A stretch of 64,000 nt of DNA from an uncultured delta proteobacterium (GCA_963771175.1 CAVYSY010000038.1:96001-160000); one strand, 5' to 3'; positions 39,703-50,198 are shown, numbered from the stretch's first letter. The notes: generated by a model not told the origin, from the letters alone. Numbers and translations are program-made.

Positions 39703-41391
39703 ATGGAAGGCAGCCCACCTACCGGATGGCAGGCAATGGAGGCTGCGCCCGCAACGGCGACCGAGGTCGAGCACCCCCTGCCCCCCCGCACCCACTCCTT
39801 GAAACAGTTCATCCTGCGACTCCGCGACGCCAATAGACGCGGAGGCCCCGAGGCCATCGAGCAGGTGCTGCGCGAGGGCAGCCTGCACCGGCGCGCGGTG
39901 GAGCCCTTCGCCCTGCGGCGCGAGGGGCGCTACACGCGCACGCTCGTGTACCGGGACGAGGACTTGGAGGTGCTCGTGCTGGGCTGGGGCCGCGACGCGC
40001 GCACGCCCATCCACGGGCATGACGGCCAGGAGTGTTTCCTCACCACCATTACCGGGGAGCTGGAGGTGGCTGACTACCGCCTCATCGCCGGAGGCCAGGA
40101 GCCCGGCTATGCGCTCGTCGAGCGCGTCGGCCCCCGCCGTACGCTGCTGCCCGGCGCCATGGACCACCGCGGCCCCGAGGCGGAGCTGCACTCGGTGCGC
40201 ACCGGCGCGCGCAGCGGCTACGCCATCTCCCTCCACGTCTATTCCCGGCCCATCGACACCTGCCTGGTCTACGACCCACGCCGTTCGAGTTGCGACCTGC
40301 GCAAGCTTCATTACGACCGGGTGATGCGCCTCGTCGACCCCCCGCCCCCCACCGCCTCCCCTCGTCCCCAGGAGACGCCCGCCTCCCGCCCCGGACTCGT
40401 CTCCCGGGTGTGGCGCTCGCTCTTCCGCCGCGTGCAGGAGGTGAAGGAACTGCTGGTGCCCGCGAAGGTGGGCGCGGACTCGGCGAAGATCGCCGTCTCG
40501 AAGGTGGAGCACCGCTACGCCAACAAGGTGGTGGCGCTGAGCAACGTCAACCTCAACATCCGCTCCGGCGAGTTCGTCTGCCTGTTGGGGCCCTCGGGCT
40601 GCGGCAAGTCCACGCTGCTGTACGCGCTGGCGGGCCACATCGCCCCCACCGGGGGCACGGTGCGCATCGACGGCAAGCCCATCCACGGCCCGGGTCCGGA
40701 GCGGCTGCTCATGTTCCAGGAGCCGGCGCTCTTCCCGTGGCTCTCCGTGCGGCAGAACATCGAGTTCGTGCTCAGCGCCCGAGGCCTCTCCAAGGCCGAG
40801 CGCCGCGAGCGCGCGAGCCGCTACATCCACTACGTGCAGCTCTCGGGCTTCGAGAACACGCTGCCGCACGAGCTGTCGGGTGGAATGAAGATGCGCGCCG
40901 CGCTCGCCCGCGCGCTGGCGGTGGACTCGCCGGTGCTGTTGATGGACGAGCCCTTCGGCTCGCTGGACGCGCAGACGCGCCTGCACATGCACGAGCTGTT
41001 GCAGCGCGTGTGGCTGGAGACACACAAGACGATTGTCTTCGTCACCCATGACGTCACGGAGGCGCTGGTGCTGGCCAACCGGGTGGTGGTGATGGCGCCC
41101 CGGCCCGGCCGCGTCCTGAAGGACCTCGAGGTGCGGCTGCCCATGCCGCGAGGCCCCGACGACGTGGCGCTGGTGGGACTGGCGCGGCAGATCCGCGTGA
41201 TGCTCCGCGAGAGCGAGTCCATGGGCGGACCCGGGCCCGGTCTCCGGGAAGAGCAGGGGGCGCACCATGAAGGCCTGGCACCTGAGTCAGAAACTGCTGT
41301 TCCTCGCGGGGCTCCTCGCGGTGTGGGCCCTGCTCGCCCGGTTCGGCCCGTGGCCCCACCACCTGTTCCCGGGTCCGAAGGCGGTAGCTGA
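39703..41391 (+). CDS. Cysteine dioxygenase domain fused to SsuB/TauB/NitT-type ABC ATPase
   Basis: YTRTL..IHGHDGQECF..LHSV..SLHVYS; then GPSGCGKS, LSGGMKMR, LMDEPF, FVTHD in one frame. Confidence 0.85.
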   Translation: MEGSPPTGWQAMEAAPATATEVEHPLPPRTHSLKQFILRLRDANRRGGPEAIEQVLREGSLHRRAVEPFALRREGRYTRTLVYRDEDLEVLVLGWGRDARTPIHGHDGQECFLTTITGELEVADYRLIAGGQEPGYALVERVGPRRTLLPGAMDHRGPEAELHSVRTGARSGYAISLHVYSRPIDTCLVYDPRRSSCDLRKLHYDRVMRLVDPPPPTASPRPQETPASRPGLVSRVWRSLFRRVQEVKELLVPAKVGADSAKIAVSKVEHRYANKVVALSNVNLNIRSGEFVCLLGPSGCGKSTLLYALAGHIAPTGGTVRIDGKPIHGPGPERLLMFQEPALFPWLSVRQNIEFVLSARGLSKAERRERASRYIHYVQLSGFENTLPHELSGGMKMRAALARALAVDSPVLLMDEPFGSLDAQTRLHMHELLQRVWLETHKTIVFVTHDVTEALVLANRVVVMAPRPGRVLKDLEVRLPMPRGPDDVALVGLARQIRVMLRESESMGGPGPGLREEQGAHHEGLAPESETAVPRGAPRGVGPARPVRPVAPPPVPGSEGGS

Positions 41392-42031
41392 GAGCCTCTT
41401 CGCCATGGCGCGGGATGGCCGGCTGTGGAACGCCATCACGCGCTCCCTGGGGCGGCTCGCGCAGGGCTACGGCATCTCGGTGCTCATCGGCGTGCCGCTC
41501 GGCCTCGCCATGGGGCGACTGCGCTTCGTGCGGCGGTTGCTGCGCCCGCTGGTCGTGGGCCTGCAGGCGCTCCCCTCCATCTGCTGGCTGCCCCTGGCGC
41601 TGCTGTGGTTCGGCCTCACCGAGACGTCCATCATCTTCGTGGTGGTGATGGGCTCGGTGCTGGCCATCGCCATCGCGGTGGAGGACGGCGTCATGGGGGT
41701 GGACCCGCTGATGCTGCGCGTGGCCTCCACCTACGGCATCCGCGGCCCGCGCTTCTACGGCGGCGTGCTGCTGCCCGCGGCGCTGCCCGGCATCGTCACC
41801 GGCCTCAAGCTGGGGTGGAGCTTCGCCTGGAGGGCCCTCATGGCCGGCGAGCTGCTCTACGTGTCCGGCGGCCTGGGCCAGCTCCTCACCATGGGCCGCG
41901 AGCTGATGGAGATTCCCCAGGTCATCGCCGTCATGGTCTGCATCATCCTCGTGGGCACGGTCATCGACCGGGTGCTCTTCCAGACGGTGGAGCTGCGCGT
42001 GCGGCGCCGCTGGGGACTGGCGACGGGCTGA
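41267..42031 (+). CDS. ABC permease, SsuC/TauC/NitT family
   Basis: LQALPSICWLP, LPAALPGIVTG, WRALMAGEL. Confidence 0.92.
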   Translation: MKAWHLSQKLLFLAGLLAVWALLARFGPWPHHLFPGPKAVAESLFAMARDGRLWNAITRSLGRLAQGYGISVLIGVPLGLAMGRLRFVRRLLRPLVVGLQALPSICWLPLALLWFGLTETSIIFVVVMGSVLAIAIAVEDGVMGVDPLMLRVASTYGIRGPRFYGGVLLPAALPGIVTGLKLGWSFAWRALMAGELLYVSGGLGQLLTMGRELMEIPQVIAVMVCIILVGTVIDRVLFQTVELRVRRRWGLATG

Positions 42032-42093
42032 CAGTCACCCCGCACTCCAGTCCATGTGCGGCGAGCCCCGCCCCACCCCACCCTGAGCGGCCT

Positions 42094-43113
42094 ATGCGTA
42101 TCGGGTTCCTCGTCGCGAGTCTCGCCGCCCTCTGTCTGGCGGTGACCGGGTGCAAGAAGGAGCAGGCGGCGAAGCAGGCCGGCGGTGGGACGGAGCAGCG
42201 CCCGCTCCGGGTGGGCTTCTTCCCCAACATCACCCATGCGCAGGCCCTGGTGGGCAACGCCTCGGGGACCTTCCAGCAGGCCGTGCCCGGCATCGAGCTG
42301 AAGATGTTCAACGCGGGACCGGCCGCCATGGAGGCGCTCACCTCCGGCTCGCTCGAGGCCTCGTACGTGGGCACGGGGCCGGCCATCAACACCTTCCTCA
42401 AGGCCGGGCGGGAGCTGCGCATCATCGCCGCGGCGGTGGACAGTGGCGCGGTGCTGGTGACGAAGACGGCGCGCGGCCCGGCGGAGCTCAAGGGCAAGAC
42501 GCTGGCCAGCCCACAGCTCGGCAACACCCAGGACATCGCGCTGCGGCACTGGCTGGGCCAGCAGGGATTGAAGGTGGGGCAGGACGTCACCGTCACCCCG
42601 CTGTCCAACCCGGACATCCTCGGCCTCTTCCTCAACGGCAAGATTGAAGGGGCCTGGGTGCCCGAGCCGTGGGGCGCGCGCATGGTGGCCGAGGGCGGTG
42701 GCCATATCCTCGTGGACGAGCGCGACCTGTGGCCACAGCGGCGCTTCCACACCACGGTGCTCGTCACCACCCGGAAGACCCTGGAGGAGCGGCGCGAGCA
42801 ACTGAAGAAGCTGGTGCGCGCCCACGTGGAGCTCACCCGGCAGTGGCAGCAGCAGCCCGACGCCTTCGTCGGCCGCGTCAACGACGCCTTCGCCAAGGTG
42901 ACCGGACACCCCATCTCCGAGCCCGTGCTGAAGGATGCCTTCACCCGCCTGGAGCCCGCGCTGGACGCGGTGCCCGCTCAGCTCCAGACGGCCGCCGAGC
43001 ACGCACAACAGCTCGGCTTCATCCCCAGCTCCGACCTGAAGGGGCTCGTGGACGACTCCCTGCTGCGCGAGGTGATGGCCGCTCCGAGCGCGGCTCCGGA
43101 CGCGGGGCCGTGA
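42094..43113 (+). CDS. Aliphatic-sulfonate-type ABC substrate-binding lipoprotein
   Basis: Lipobox VTGC; GFFPNITHAQA, SPQLGNTQD, WVPEPW. Confidence 0.88.
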   Translation: MRIGFLVASLAALCLAVTGCKKEQAAKQAGGGTEQRPLRVGFFPNITHAQALVGNASGTFQQAVPGIELKMFNAGPAAMEALTSGSLEASYVGTGPAINTFLKAGRELRIIAAAVDSGAVLVTKTARGPAELKGKTLASPQLGNTQDIALRHWLGQQGLKVGQDVTVTPLSNPDILGLFLNGKIEGAWVPEPWGARMVAEGGGHILVDERDLWPQRRFHTTVLVTTRKTLEERREQLKKLVRAHVELTRQWQQQPDAFVGRVNDAFAKVTGHPISEPVLKDAFTRLEPALDAVPAQLQTAAEHAQQLGFIPSSDLKGLVDDSLLREVMAAPSAAPDAGP

Positions 43114-43135
43114 GCCACCTACACGGAGGAGGGGC

Positions 43136-43444
43136 TCAGCTCAGCTTCGGCGGGACGCGGTAGATTTCCTCCACGTCGTCGTGGTTGAAGAGCCCCATCG
43201 CCTCGCGCTGCACGATGAGCGACCACTGGCGGTACTCGGCATCACGACGCTTCTCGGTGTACTCCGCGAGCTTCTTCTCGCGCGCGGGTCCTGGCGCCAT
43301 CGCCTGCACCTGCTGCCCGAGCTGTCTCAGCTCGGTGAGCTGACGCTCCAACCTGTGCCCCAGGGCCTTGAGGCTGTTGGCTGCCTCGGCCCGCAGGGCC
43401 ACTTCGATGGCGAGTGTTCCACCGATGGGTGCCTTGCTGGACAT
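43136..43444 (-). CDS. Small helical hypothetical protein (DUF6665-like)
   Basis: IVQREAMGL..Y.VP motif. Confidence 0.6.
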   Translation of the reverse strand: MSSKAPIGGTLAIEVALRAEAANSLKALGHRLERQLTELRQLGQQVQAMAPGPAREKKLAEYTEKRRDAEYRQWSLIVQREAMGLFNHDDVEEIYRVPPKLS

Positions 43445-43499
43445 GCGCTCGATTTGGGGCCGGAAACGAGAGCGGGTTACGGTTCCAGCCCAGTCTCTC

Positions 43500-46400
43500 A
43501 TGACCGCCAAAAAATACCTTCATCTCTTCCTGGTCATCGGAGGCGTCCTCGGAGCTCTCGTGCTCGGCGGCGCGCTCCACTTCGTCACCGGCCAGCCGAG
43601 GGACTGGGCTGGCTGGTCCGTGTTGCTCCTCGGCACGCCCCTGCTGCTGCTGGTGACGAGTCAGCTCTTCTGGTGGGTGTGGGGGGCGAAGCGGGTCAGG
43701 GCGCGCACCCGCTTCTTCACCCAACTGGCCGAGGGAAACCTCACCCACACCGCCTATGGCGGCATGGAAGACCAGCGCGAGGTGCGCCGGCTCATCTACT
43801 CCCTGCGCCGCGCGCTCAGCCAGGTGCAGCGGGTGACGGGCAACGTGCGCCGCACCTGCCAGGGCGTGTCCGAGGAGGTGCGCGTGCTGCTGGAGGCCGC
43901 GCGCCGGCAGGGCGGGGCGGTGGAGCGCTCGCGGGAGTCGGTGGAGAGCATGGGCCAGAGCCTCCAGTCCGCGGGCAAGCGCATGACGCACCTGGAGACC
44001 TTCTCCCGGGAGACGGCGGGCTCGCTGCTCGAGATGTCCGAGCGGCTCGGACAGGTGGCCGAGGCGCTGCTCGCGCTGGACGACTTCTCGCACCGCACCA
44101 CCCAGCAGGTGCAGGCCATGAGCGAGCGGCTGCACCATATCGCCTCCTCGGGCGACGAGCTGGTGCGCTTCGCCAGCGAGGCGGAGGCCTTCGTCCAACT
44201 GGTGCGGACCGGCATCGACGCGGTGCGCCTGCGCGCCACGGAGACGAATCAGCTCGCCCACGACGTGACGGCCACCGCCGAGCGCGGCGAGGTGCTCGTC
44301 ACCGAGTGCGTCCAGGGCATGTACCGGGTGGAGGAGACGGTCCGCAAAGCCGCCGAGCTGGTGGACTCGCTCGGGGTGCGCTCCACGCAGATTGGCCGCA
44401 TCGTCGACGTCATCCAGGAGATCGCCGACCAGACGAACCTGCTGGCGCTCAACGCGGCCATCATCGCCGCGCAAGCCGGTGAGCAGGGGCGTCCCTTCGG
44501 CGTGGTGGCGGACGAAATCCGCGGCCTGGCCGAGCGCACCGCTCGCTCCACGCGGGAGATCGCCACCATGGTGGGCGGCGTCCGCCGGGAGGTGGACACG
44601 GCGGTGGCGCTGGTGAAGGAGGGCCGCGAGCAGGCCGGCACGGGTGTGCTGTTGGGAGACCGGGCGGCCGAGGCGCTGAAGGAAATCCGCACCATCACCC
44701 AGCGAACCTTCACGGCGGTGGAGGCCACGCTGACGGAGACGAAGCGGCTGGAGGCCCAGGGCTCCACGGTGGTGGAGGCCAGCCGCCGGGTGGCGCGGCG
44801 CGTGGACGACGTGACGCGAGAGGCCATCGCGCAGGCGGGGCACGGGCGAGAGCTGGTGCACCAGACGCAGCAGATGGCGAAGCTGGCACAGGAAGCCTCG
44901 CACAAGGCGGAGGGCCAGTCGCGCACGGGCCGGGACCTGTCCAACGCGGTGGTGCGACTGAACTCGGCCATCGAGGAGATTCGTTCGGCGCACGGCGTGC
45001 TGATGCGCGGGGACACGGCCATCGGCGAGGAGGTGGCGCGGGTGCGCGAGGACGCGCTCCAGGTCCTCCGCATCGGCGACGGACTGAGCCGCACGGTGGA
45101 GCAACTGGCCCACGAGGCGGCCAGCCTGGACGGCGAGGTGTTCCGCTTCCGGCTGCCGGCGCCACGCTCGGGCGGCACGCTCCGGGCGGGCATCCACCAG
45201 TCGACGTTCCTCAACACGCAGGGTCGATTGGATCCACTCTTCGGCGTGGAAATGCAGCTCGTGGAGATGAGCTGCGGCGTCTTCTCCAACCTGCTGCGGC
45301 TGGAGGACGGCGTGCTGGTGCCGGACCTGGCCGAGCGCTGGGAGGCGGACCCCTCGGCGCGCCGCTACCGCTTCTACCTGCGCCAGGGCGTCCTCTTCCA
45401 TGACGGGCAGCCCCTGACGGCGCGCGACGTGAAGCGCCACTTCGAGCGGCTGCTGGACCCGACGGTGAAATCGCCGGAGCGCGGCCTGCTGGAGGACGTA
45501 GAGGGCGCCAAGGCGTTCGCGGCCGGCAAGGCGCGTGAGGTGACGGGCATCGAGGTGCTGAACGACCTGACGCTCGACATCCGGCTGGAACAGCCCAAGG
45601 CCTTCTTCCTCCAACTGCTGGCGCAGACGGCCGCGGCGGTGGCCCGGCTGGACGCACAGGGCCAGCTTCAGGGCACGGGTCCCTTCCGGCTGGTGGACAT
45701 CGGGCCGACTCGCGTCGTGCTCGAGCGAAACCCCACCTATTGGCGCCGCGAACAGCCGCTGTTGGACCGGCTCGAGTTCCACATCCATGGGTCGCGCGAG
45801 GAATCCATCACGGCGCTGCGACAAGGGACGGTGGACCTCGCCTCGTACCTGCACGCCACACACGTGAAGCGCCTCGAGCAGGAGGGGCACCTCCAAGTCG
45901 TGCCAGGCACCACGCCCTCCACCTCGTTCCTGGGCTTCAACCTGCGAGAGGCACCGTACAACGACGTGCGCGTGCGCCAGGCCATTCGGGCGGGACTGGA
46001 CCTCCAGGGGTTGGTGAACGGCTTCCACGCGGGGGCACGCCTGGCCAGGACGCTGACACCGCCGGAGCTGCTGGACAGCTCGGGTCTGCCCGAGCCCCGC
46101 ATGGACCTCGACCTGTCCGTGCGCCTGCTGCACGAGGCCGGAGTGCGGCGGCTCCCCGTGACGCTGTACCAGACGGTGGGACGCGACACCTCGGCGGAGG
46201 ATGCCGTCCTCTTCCGCCCGCTGCTGGAGGCGGGGCTGGTGGAGCTGCGGCATGTGGAGGTGAGCGCGGAGGAGTTCGCGGAGCGGCGGCGCGAGGGACG
46301 GCTGCCCGTCTTCCGGTTGCACTGGGTCGCCGACTTCCCGGACCCGGACAACTTCCTCCACTTCCTGCTGAGCTCCCAAGCGCAGGGGGTGTACCCGCTG

Positions 46401-46646
46401 AGCTACCGCAACGAGGAGCTGGACACGCTCACCGCGGAGGCCCGCATCAGCATCGACCCGGAGCAGCGCAAGCAGCACTACCAGCGTGCGGAGAAGCTCG
46501 CCCAGCAGGACTGCCCCATCATCCCGCTCTTCCATCCCCGCGTGTACGCTGCGACGAGCGGCCGGGTGCAGGGACTTCGACTGCACCAGACGCCCCCCCA
46601 GGTGCGCTTCGAGGAGCTGTGGTTGGACGCGATGGAGGAGTCATGA
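43500..46646 (+). CDS. Methyl-accepting chemotaxis protein fused to family 5 (peptide/nickel) solute-binding domain
   Basis: 2 TM; IADQTNLLALNAAIIAAQAGEQGRPFGVVADEIR; then VPDLAERW, FHDG.PLTA.DV, GTGPF, W.ADFPDPDNF. Confidence 0.9.
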   Translation: MTAKKYLHLFLVIGGVLGALVLGGALHFVTGQPRDWAGWSVLLLGTPLLLLVTSQLFWWVWGAKRVRARTRFFTQLAEGNLTHTAYGGMEDQREVRRLIYSLRRALSQVQRVTGNVRRTCQGVSEEVRVLLEAARRQGGAVERSRESVESMGQSLQSAGKRMTHLETFSRETAGSLLEMSERLGQVAEALLALDDFSHRTTQQVQAMSERLHHIASSGDELVRFASEAEAFVQLVRTGIDAVRLRATETNQLAHDVTATAERGEVLVTECVQGMYRVEETVRKAAELVDSLGVRSTQIGRIVDVIQEIADQTNLLALNAAIIAAQAGEQGRPFGVVADEIRGLAERTARSTREIATMVGGVRREVDTAVALVKEGREQAGTGVLLGDRAAEALKEIRTITQRTFTAVEATLTETKRLEAQGSTVVEASRRVARRVDDVTREAIAQAGHGRELVHQTQQMAKLAQEASHKAEGQSRTGRDLSNAVVRLNSAIEEIRSAHGVLMRGDTAIGEEVARVREDALQVLRIGDGLSRTVEQLAHEAASLDGEVFRFRLPAPRSGGTLRAGIHQSTFLNTQGRLDPLFGVEMQLVEMSCGVFSNLLRLEDGVLVPDLAERWEADPSARRYRFYLRQGVLFHDGQPLTARDVKRHFERLLDPTVKSPERGLLEDVEGAKAFAAGKAREVTGIEVLNDLTLDIRLEQPKAFFLQLLAQTAAAVARLDAQGQLQGTGPFRLVDIGPTRVVLERNPTYWRREQPLLDRLEFHIHGSREESITALRQGTVDLASYLHATHVKRLEQEGHLQVVPGTTPSTSFLGFNLREAPYNDVRVRQAIRAGLDLQGLVNGFHAGARLARTLTPPELLDSSGLPEPRMDLDLSVRLLHEAGVRRLPVTLYQTVGRDTSAEDAVLFRPLLEAGLVELRHVEVSAEEFAERRREGRLPVFRLHWVADFPDPDNFLHFLLSSQAQGVYPLSYRNEELDTLTAEARISIDPEQRKQHYQRAEKLAQQDCPIIPLFHPRVYAATSGRVQGLRLHQTPPQVRFEELWLDAMEES

Positions 46647-47614
46647 GAACGAAGCCCCGAGTCCTGCTGGTCGGTGCGGGGGCCGTAGGACAGGTGTTTG
46701 GGAGGTATCTCCAGGCGGCCGGGTGCGACCTCGCCTTCCTGGTGAAGGAGAAGTACGCGCAGGAGGCCCGGCGGGGCTACACCCTCTACGAGCTCGGCAT
46801 CCTCGAGAAGGACCCGGAGCCGGTGGCGTTCTCCGGCTTCGGCGTCCACACCTCGGTCCAGGAGGTCGCGGCCCAGAGGTGGGACCAGGTCTGGCTCTGT
46901 GTCTCCTCGACGGCGCTTCGCTCCGGCAACTGGGTGAGCGAGCTCGCCCGAGCCACGGGAGAGGCCACCTGGGTCATGCTCCAGCCCGCGCTCGATGACC
47001 GCGACTGGCTCCTGCAGTGGGTTCCCGCGGAGCGGCTCGTCTCCGGCATGATTCCCTTCATCAGCTTCCACACGCCCCTGAAGCCCGGAGACCGGGTGTC
47101 GAGGCCGGGCACGGCGTTCTGGATGCCTCCGTTGGCCCAGGGCCTCTTCAGCGGGCCCCCGGAGCGGCTCCAGCAGGTCATCCGGACACTGCGGGCCGGC
47201 GGGTATCCGGCCCGGCGCGACCGCGATGTGACCCGGGCCGTGGCGATTCCCTCCGCGGTGCTGACCGTCTTCGTGGAGGGATTGGAAGCGGCGGGATGGA
47301 GCTTCGAGCGGTTCCTCCAGCGCGACTCCCTGGAGCGAGTCCATCAGGCCATGAGGGAGGCGGTCGGGATCGCCGCCTGGCGCACGCAGGGGAACGCCTC
47401 CGCCCTGCTCCCGCTCCTGCGCCCCGCGCTCTTCAAGCTGCTCCTGCCCATCGCCGCCCAGGTCGCGCCCTTCGACCTGGAGACCTATCTGAAGGTCCAC
47501 TTCACCAAGGTCGGAGAGCAGACCCGATTGATGATGCGGACGTACATCGACCTGGGGAGGACCGCCGAGCTGCCGGTCGAGCACCTTCAAGCCTCGTCTA
47601 CCACCCGGTGCTAG
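46643..47614 (+). CDS. Ketopantoate reductase (ApbA/PanE)-like protein
   Basis: VLLVGAGAVG Rossmann start; HFTKVG; ATGA overlap with the previous gene. Confidence 0.7.
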   Translation: MRTKPRVLLVGAGAVGQVFGRYLQAAGCDLAFLVKEKYAQEARRGYTLYELGILEKDPEPVAFSGFGVHTSVQEVAAQRWDQVWLCVSSTALRSGNWVSELARATGEATWVMLQPALDDRDWLLQWVPAERLVSGMIPFISFHTPLKPGDRVSRPGTAFWMPPLAQGLFSGPPERLQQVIRTLRAGGYPARRDRDVTRAVAIPSAVLTVFVEGLEAAGWSFERFLQRDSLERVHQAMREAVGIAAWRTQGNASALLPLLRPALFKLLLPIAAQVAPFDLETYLKVHFTKVGEQTRLMMRTYIDLGRTAELPVEHLQASSTTRC

Positions 47615-47623
47615 CATCACCCC

Positions 47624-48628
47624 ATGCGCGCCGCGAACGACCCCACCGTCGGCAGTGAAGCAGGCCCGACCGAACCGAAGCAGGAGCCGGTCCAACAGCC
47701 CTCCACCGCCGAGGACGCGAGCGCCGTCCAGAAGGTGACTCAGGGACTCACCACGCTGCCTCCGGCACCCACGGCCTCCGAGGAAGCACTCCCTCCCGAG
47801 ACACCGAACACCCTCGTGGTCTCGGATGCACGCACCAACCCCTTCGAGCCGGGACAGCCGGAGCGGGGCGGCGCGGAGCTCGCTGATGCACTGGGCGCGG
47901 AGCTGGCCGCCCGGGTCGACCATGCCCTGTCCGGAGAGGTCTCGAAGGAGCTTCAGCAAGAGCTCGCGGCGCTGGTGACACTCATCCCCGGCACGCGGGA
48001 GCATCTCGGCTCCGAGCAGCTCCAACTCCTGCGCTCGGCCGTGCGGGCGCTGCTGGGCGAGAAGCCGAACTTCACCTACGCCCGAGAGCTCAAAGGCGTG
48101 CTGCAGAAGTCCATCCGGGACAAGACGTCCCCACTGCGGCTGTCCCTGTGGCAGAGGGAATCGCCATCCATCCTGGTGGTGATAGGGCTCGGGCTCTTCG
48201 CATACCTGGTCGCGCCGCTCGCCCTGTGGGTGATGCCGAGACTGATTCAATGGGGCGGGCGCTCCCCCGGGGCGGGCCTGAGCATCGAGGATCTCGTCCT
48301 CATCACCGTCATCGGGGCGCTCGGGAGCGTCACCAGCATCATGGTCCGGCTCCAGGACTTCGACGCTCGCGCCAACATCAAGCCCGGCGTCCTGGTGCTC
48401 TTCGGCTTCTTCAAGCCCATCATCGGGATGTTCTTCGCCCTGTTCAGCTACACCCTCTTCAACGCGGGCCTGCTGCCGGCGGTGCAGATTCCCGAGGGCA
48501 AGGACATCTACTTCTACATGACCCTCGCCTTCATCACCGGGTTCAGCGAGCGGTTCGCCGGGGACATCATCTCCCAGGTGCAGCAGCGGGCCCTCCCTGG
48601 CATCACCCAGAGCGACAACAAGCTGTAA
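47624..48628 (+). CDS. Hypothetical membrane protein (4 C-terminal TM)
   Basis: GALGSV, KPIIG, GFSERFA. Confidence 0.65.
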   Translation: MRAANDPTVGSEAGPTEPKQEPVQQPSTAEDASAVQKVTQGLTTLPPAPTASEEALPPETPNTLVVSDARTNPFEPGQPERGGAELADALGAELAARVDHALSGEVSKELQQELAALVTLIPGTREHLGSEQLQLLRSAVRALLGEKPNFTYARELKGVLQKSIRDKTSPLRLSLWQRESPSILVVIGLGLFAYLVAPLALWVMPRLIQWGGRSPGAGLSIEDLVLITVIGALGSVTSIMVRLQDFDARANIKPGVLVLFGFFKPIIGMFFALFSYTLFNAGLLPAVQIPEGKDIYFYMTLAFITGFSERFAGDIISQVQQRALPGITQSDNKL

Positions 48629-48795
48629 CGTCGTGAGCTGGGACGAATCCGACGGTATCAAGAAGGGCTCGGAGGCGAATGATGCCTTCCGGGCCCGGCT
48701 GCGCGAGAACGGGCTACGGTGAGCCAGCGGTCGTATGGCCCTAGGATGCGAAGAATCCCAGTCCCCCGTGGCTTGCACGGGGAAGGAGAACAGCC

Positions 48796-49522
48796 GTGAC
48801 CCGGGTACTTCTCATTGCGCTTCTGATCGGCCTGGGATGCTCGACAGCCCAGCGCCTCGACGACCCCCACATCTGGCGGCACGCGTCCGACGAGAGACCG
48901 GACAGCATCCCGGGTCCCCTGAAGAACTTCGGATCGTTCGATTCTCCTTCGGACGCACTCAAGGCAGCCTGCCCGCTGATCCTCTCGAAGCCGAACGCAA
49001 CCGTCGTCCACCTCCAGCAGAGAGACCCCAAGCTGGCCCTGCGAGTCTCCACCGAATACTGCGCCTGGCTCTACTACACTCCAGAGCATAAGTACGAATT
49101 GAGCATGCTGACGGACGTGGCAGCACCAGGGAGCGCTCTGCAAGGAGAAGCAACCTGCCTGCTTCCTCCGAATGTGGACGACCCTCGATACGCGCCGAGC
49201 AGCATCAAGTACATCATCCTCCTCCACAACCATCCTTTCTCGAGCGAGATCTCCAAACCGGACGTCAATTTCGCCATTGCCATGGCGAATGCACATGCAC
49301 TGACCGTAGAGGCGGGAGGTAGAACAATCCCTCTCGCCGTCGTCGCGTTCTTCTCGAACTCGAAGGAAGCCAGAATCCCACCTGTGATGGCTTCTACCAG
49401 TACATTCCGGCGACCAGTGAGTTGCTGAAGTGGACAAACACGGCGGGCGAATGGGAGGAAGGAGAAGATTGGCACGGTCAGTTGGACCAGTGACAACGAG
49501 CCCACCATCATCGAGGGAATAG
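48796..49522 (+). CDS. Lipoprotein with JAB/MPN-like motif (3' frameshifts)
   Basis: Lipobox GLGC; EYCAWLY and HNHPFSSEISKPD; lower GC. Confidence 0.6.
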
Positions 49523-49555
49523 CACCTTCCCACCAAACTCTTTCGAGGATGCTGT

Positions 49556-50100
49556 ATGAAGATGCGATGGATTTCTCTCGTGCTCGCCGTCACACTCATG
49601 GGATGCGGTTACTTGCGGCAGGCTTCTTCATCCCGACGCGCCGACGGAAGATGACAGGTCCGTTGAATTTCCAGATTCTTGACCATGTTGCTGTCACGGT
49701 CGGGGCACAGGGGAGCTGTATGAACTGGACGGCGAGATGCTTCGAGCTCTCGTCATTGCGTCCAATGATTATCTTCCCTCCGGACACCAGGGATTTACCT
49801 TGTCCGGACAGGAAGGAGGCACAGTTCTATCGGGTCATCCGCCAGGGCAAGCATCATCTTCGTCTTGATCCACGAGAACTTCGTATACTGCGGTCACCAG
49901 TATCCGGTACGGGCTGGGCGAGGATGATGTACGCCATCAGCACGGACGGCCGCATTCTCCGACGACTCGTCGGGGACCAGACCTCGAAGGCCCCATCGAG
50001 CCGGAAACCCCGGATGCTGGACGCCGACGGATCAGCGCCGAACCCGGCGTCTCCTCTAATTCGAAATGTGCAACCCACGGCGGGACGGGGGAACTGTTCC
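49556..50100 (+). CDS. Partner lipoprotein (multiple frameshifts; end approximate)
   Basis: MKMRWISLVLAVTLMGC; fragments ELDGEMLRAL, YRVIRQG, YAISTDGRILRR in different frames. Confidence 0.5.
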
Positions 50101-50198
50101 CTTCGCGACAGTCACAGCGCTCGTCACCGCCCACGCGGCGGAGTTCCCTCACGGTGGGGGCCCACGGAGGAGACGCGGGATGAGGAAGGGCTCGCGGC

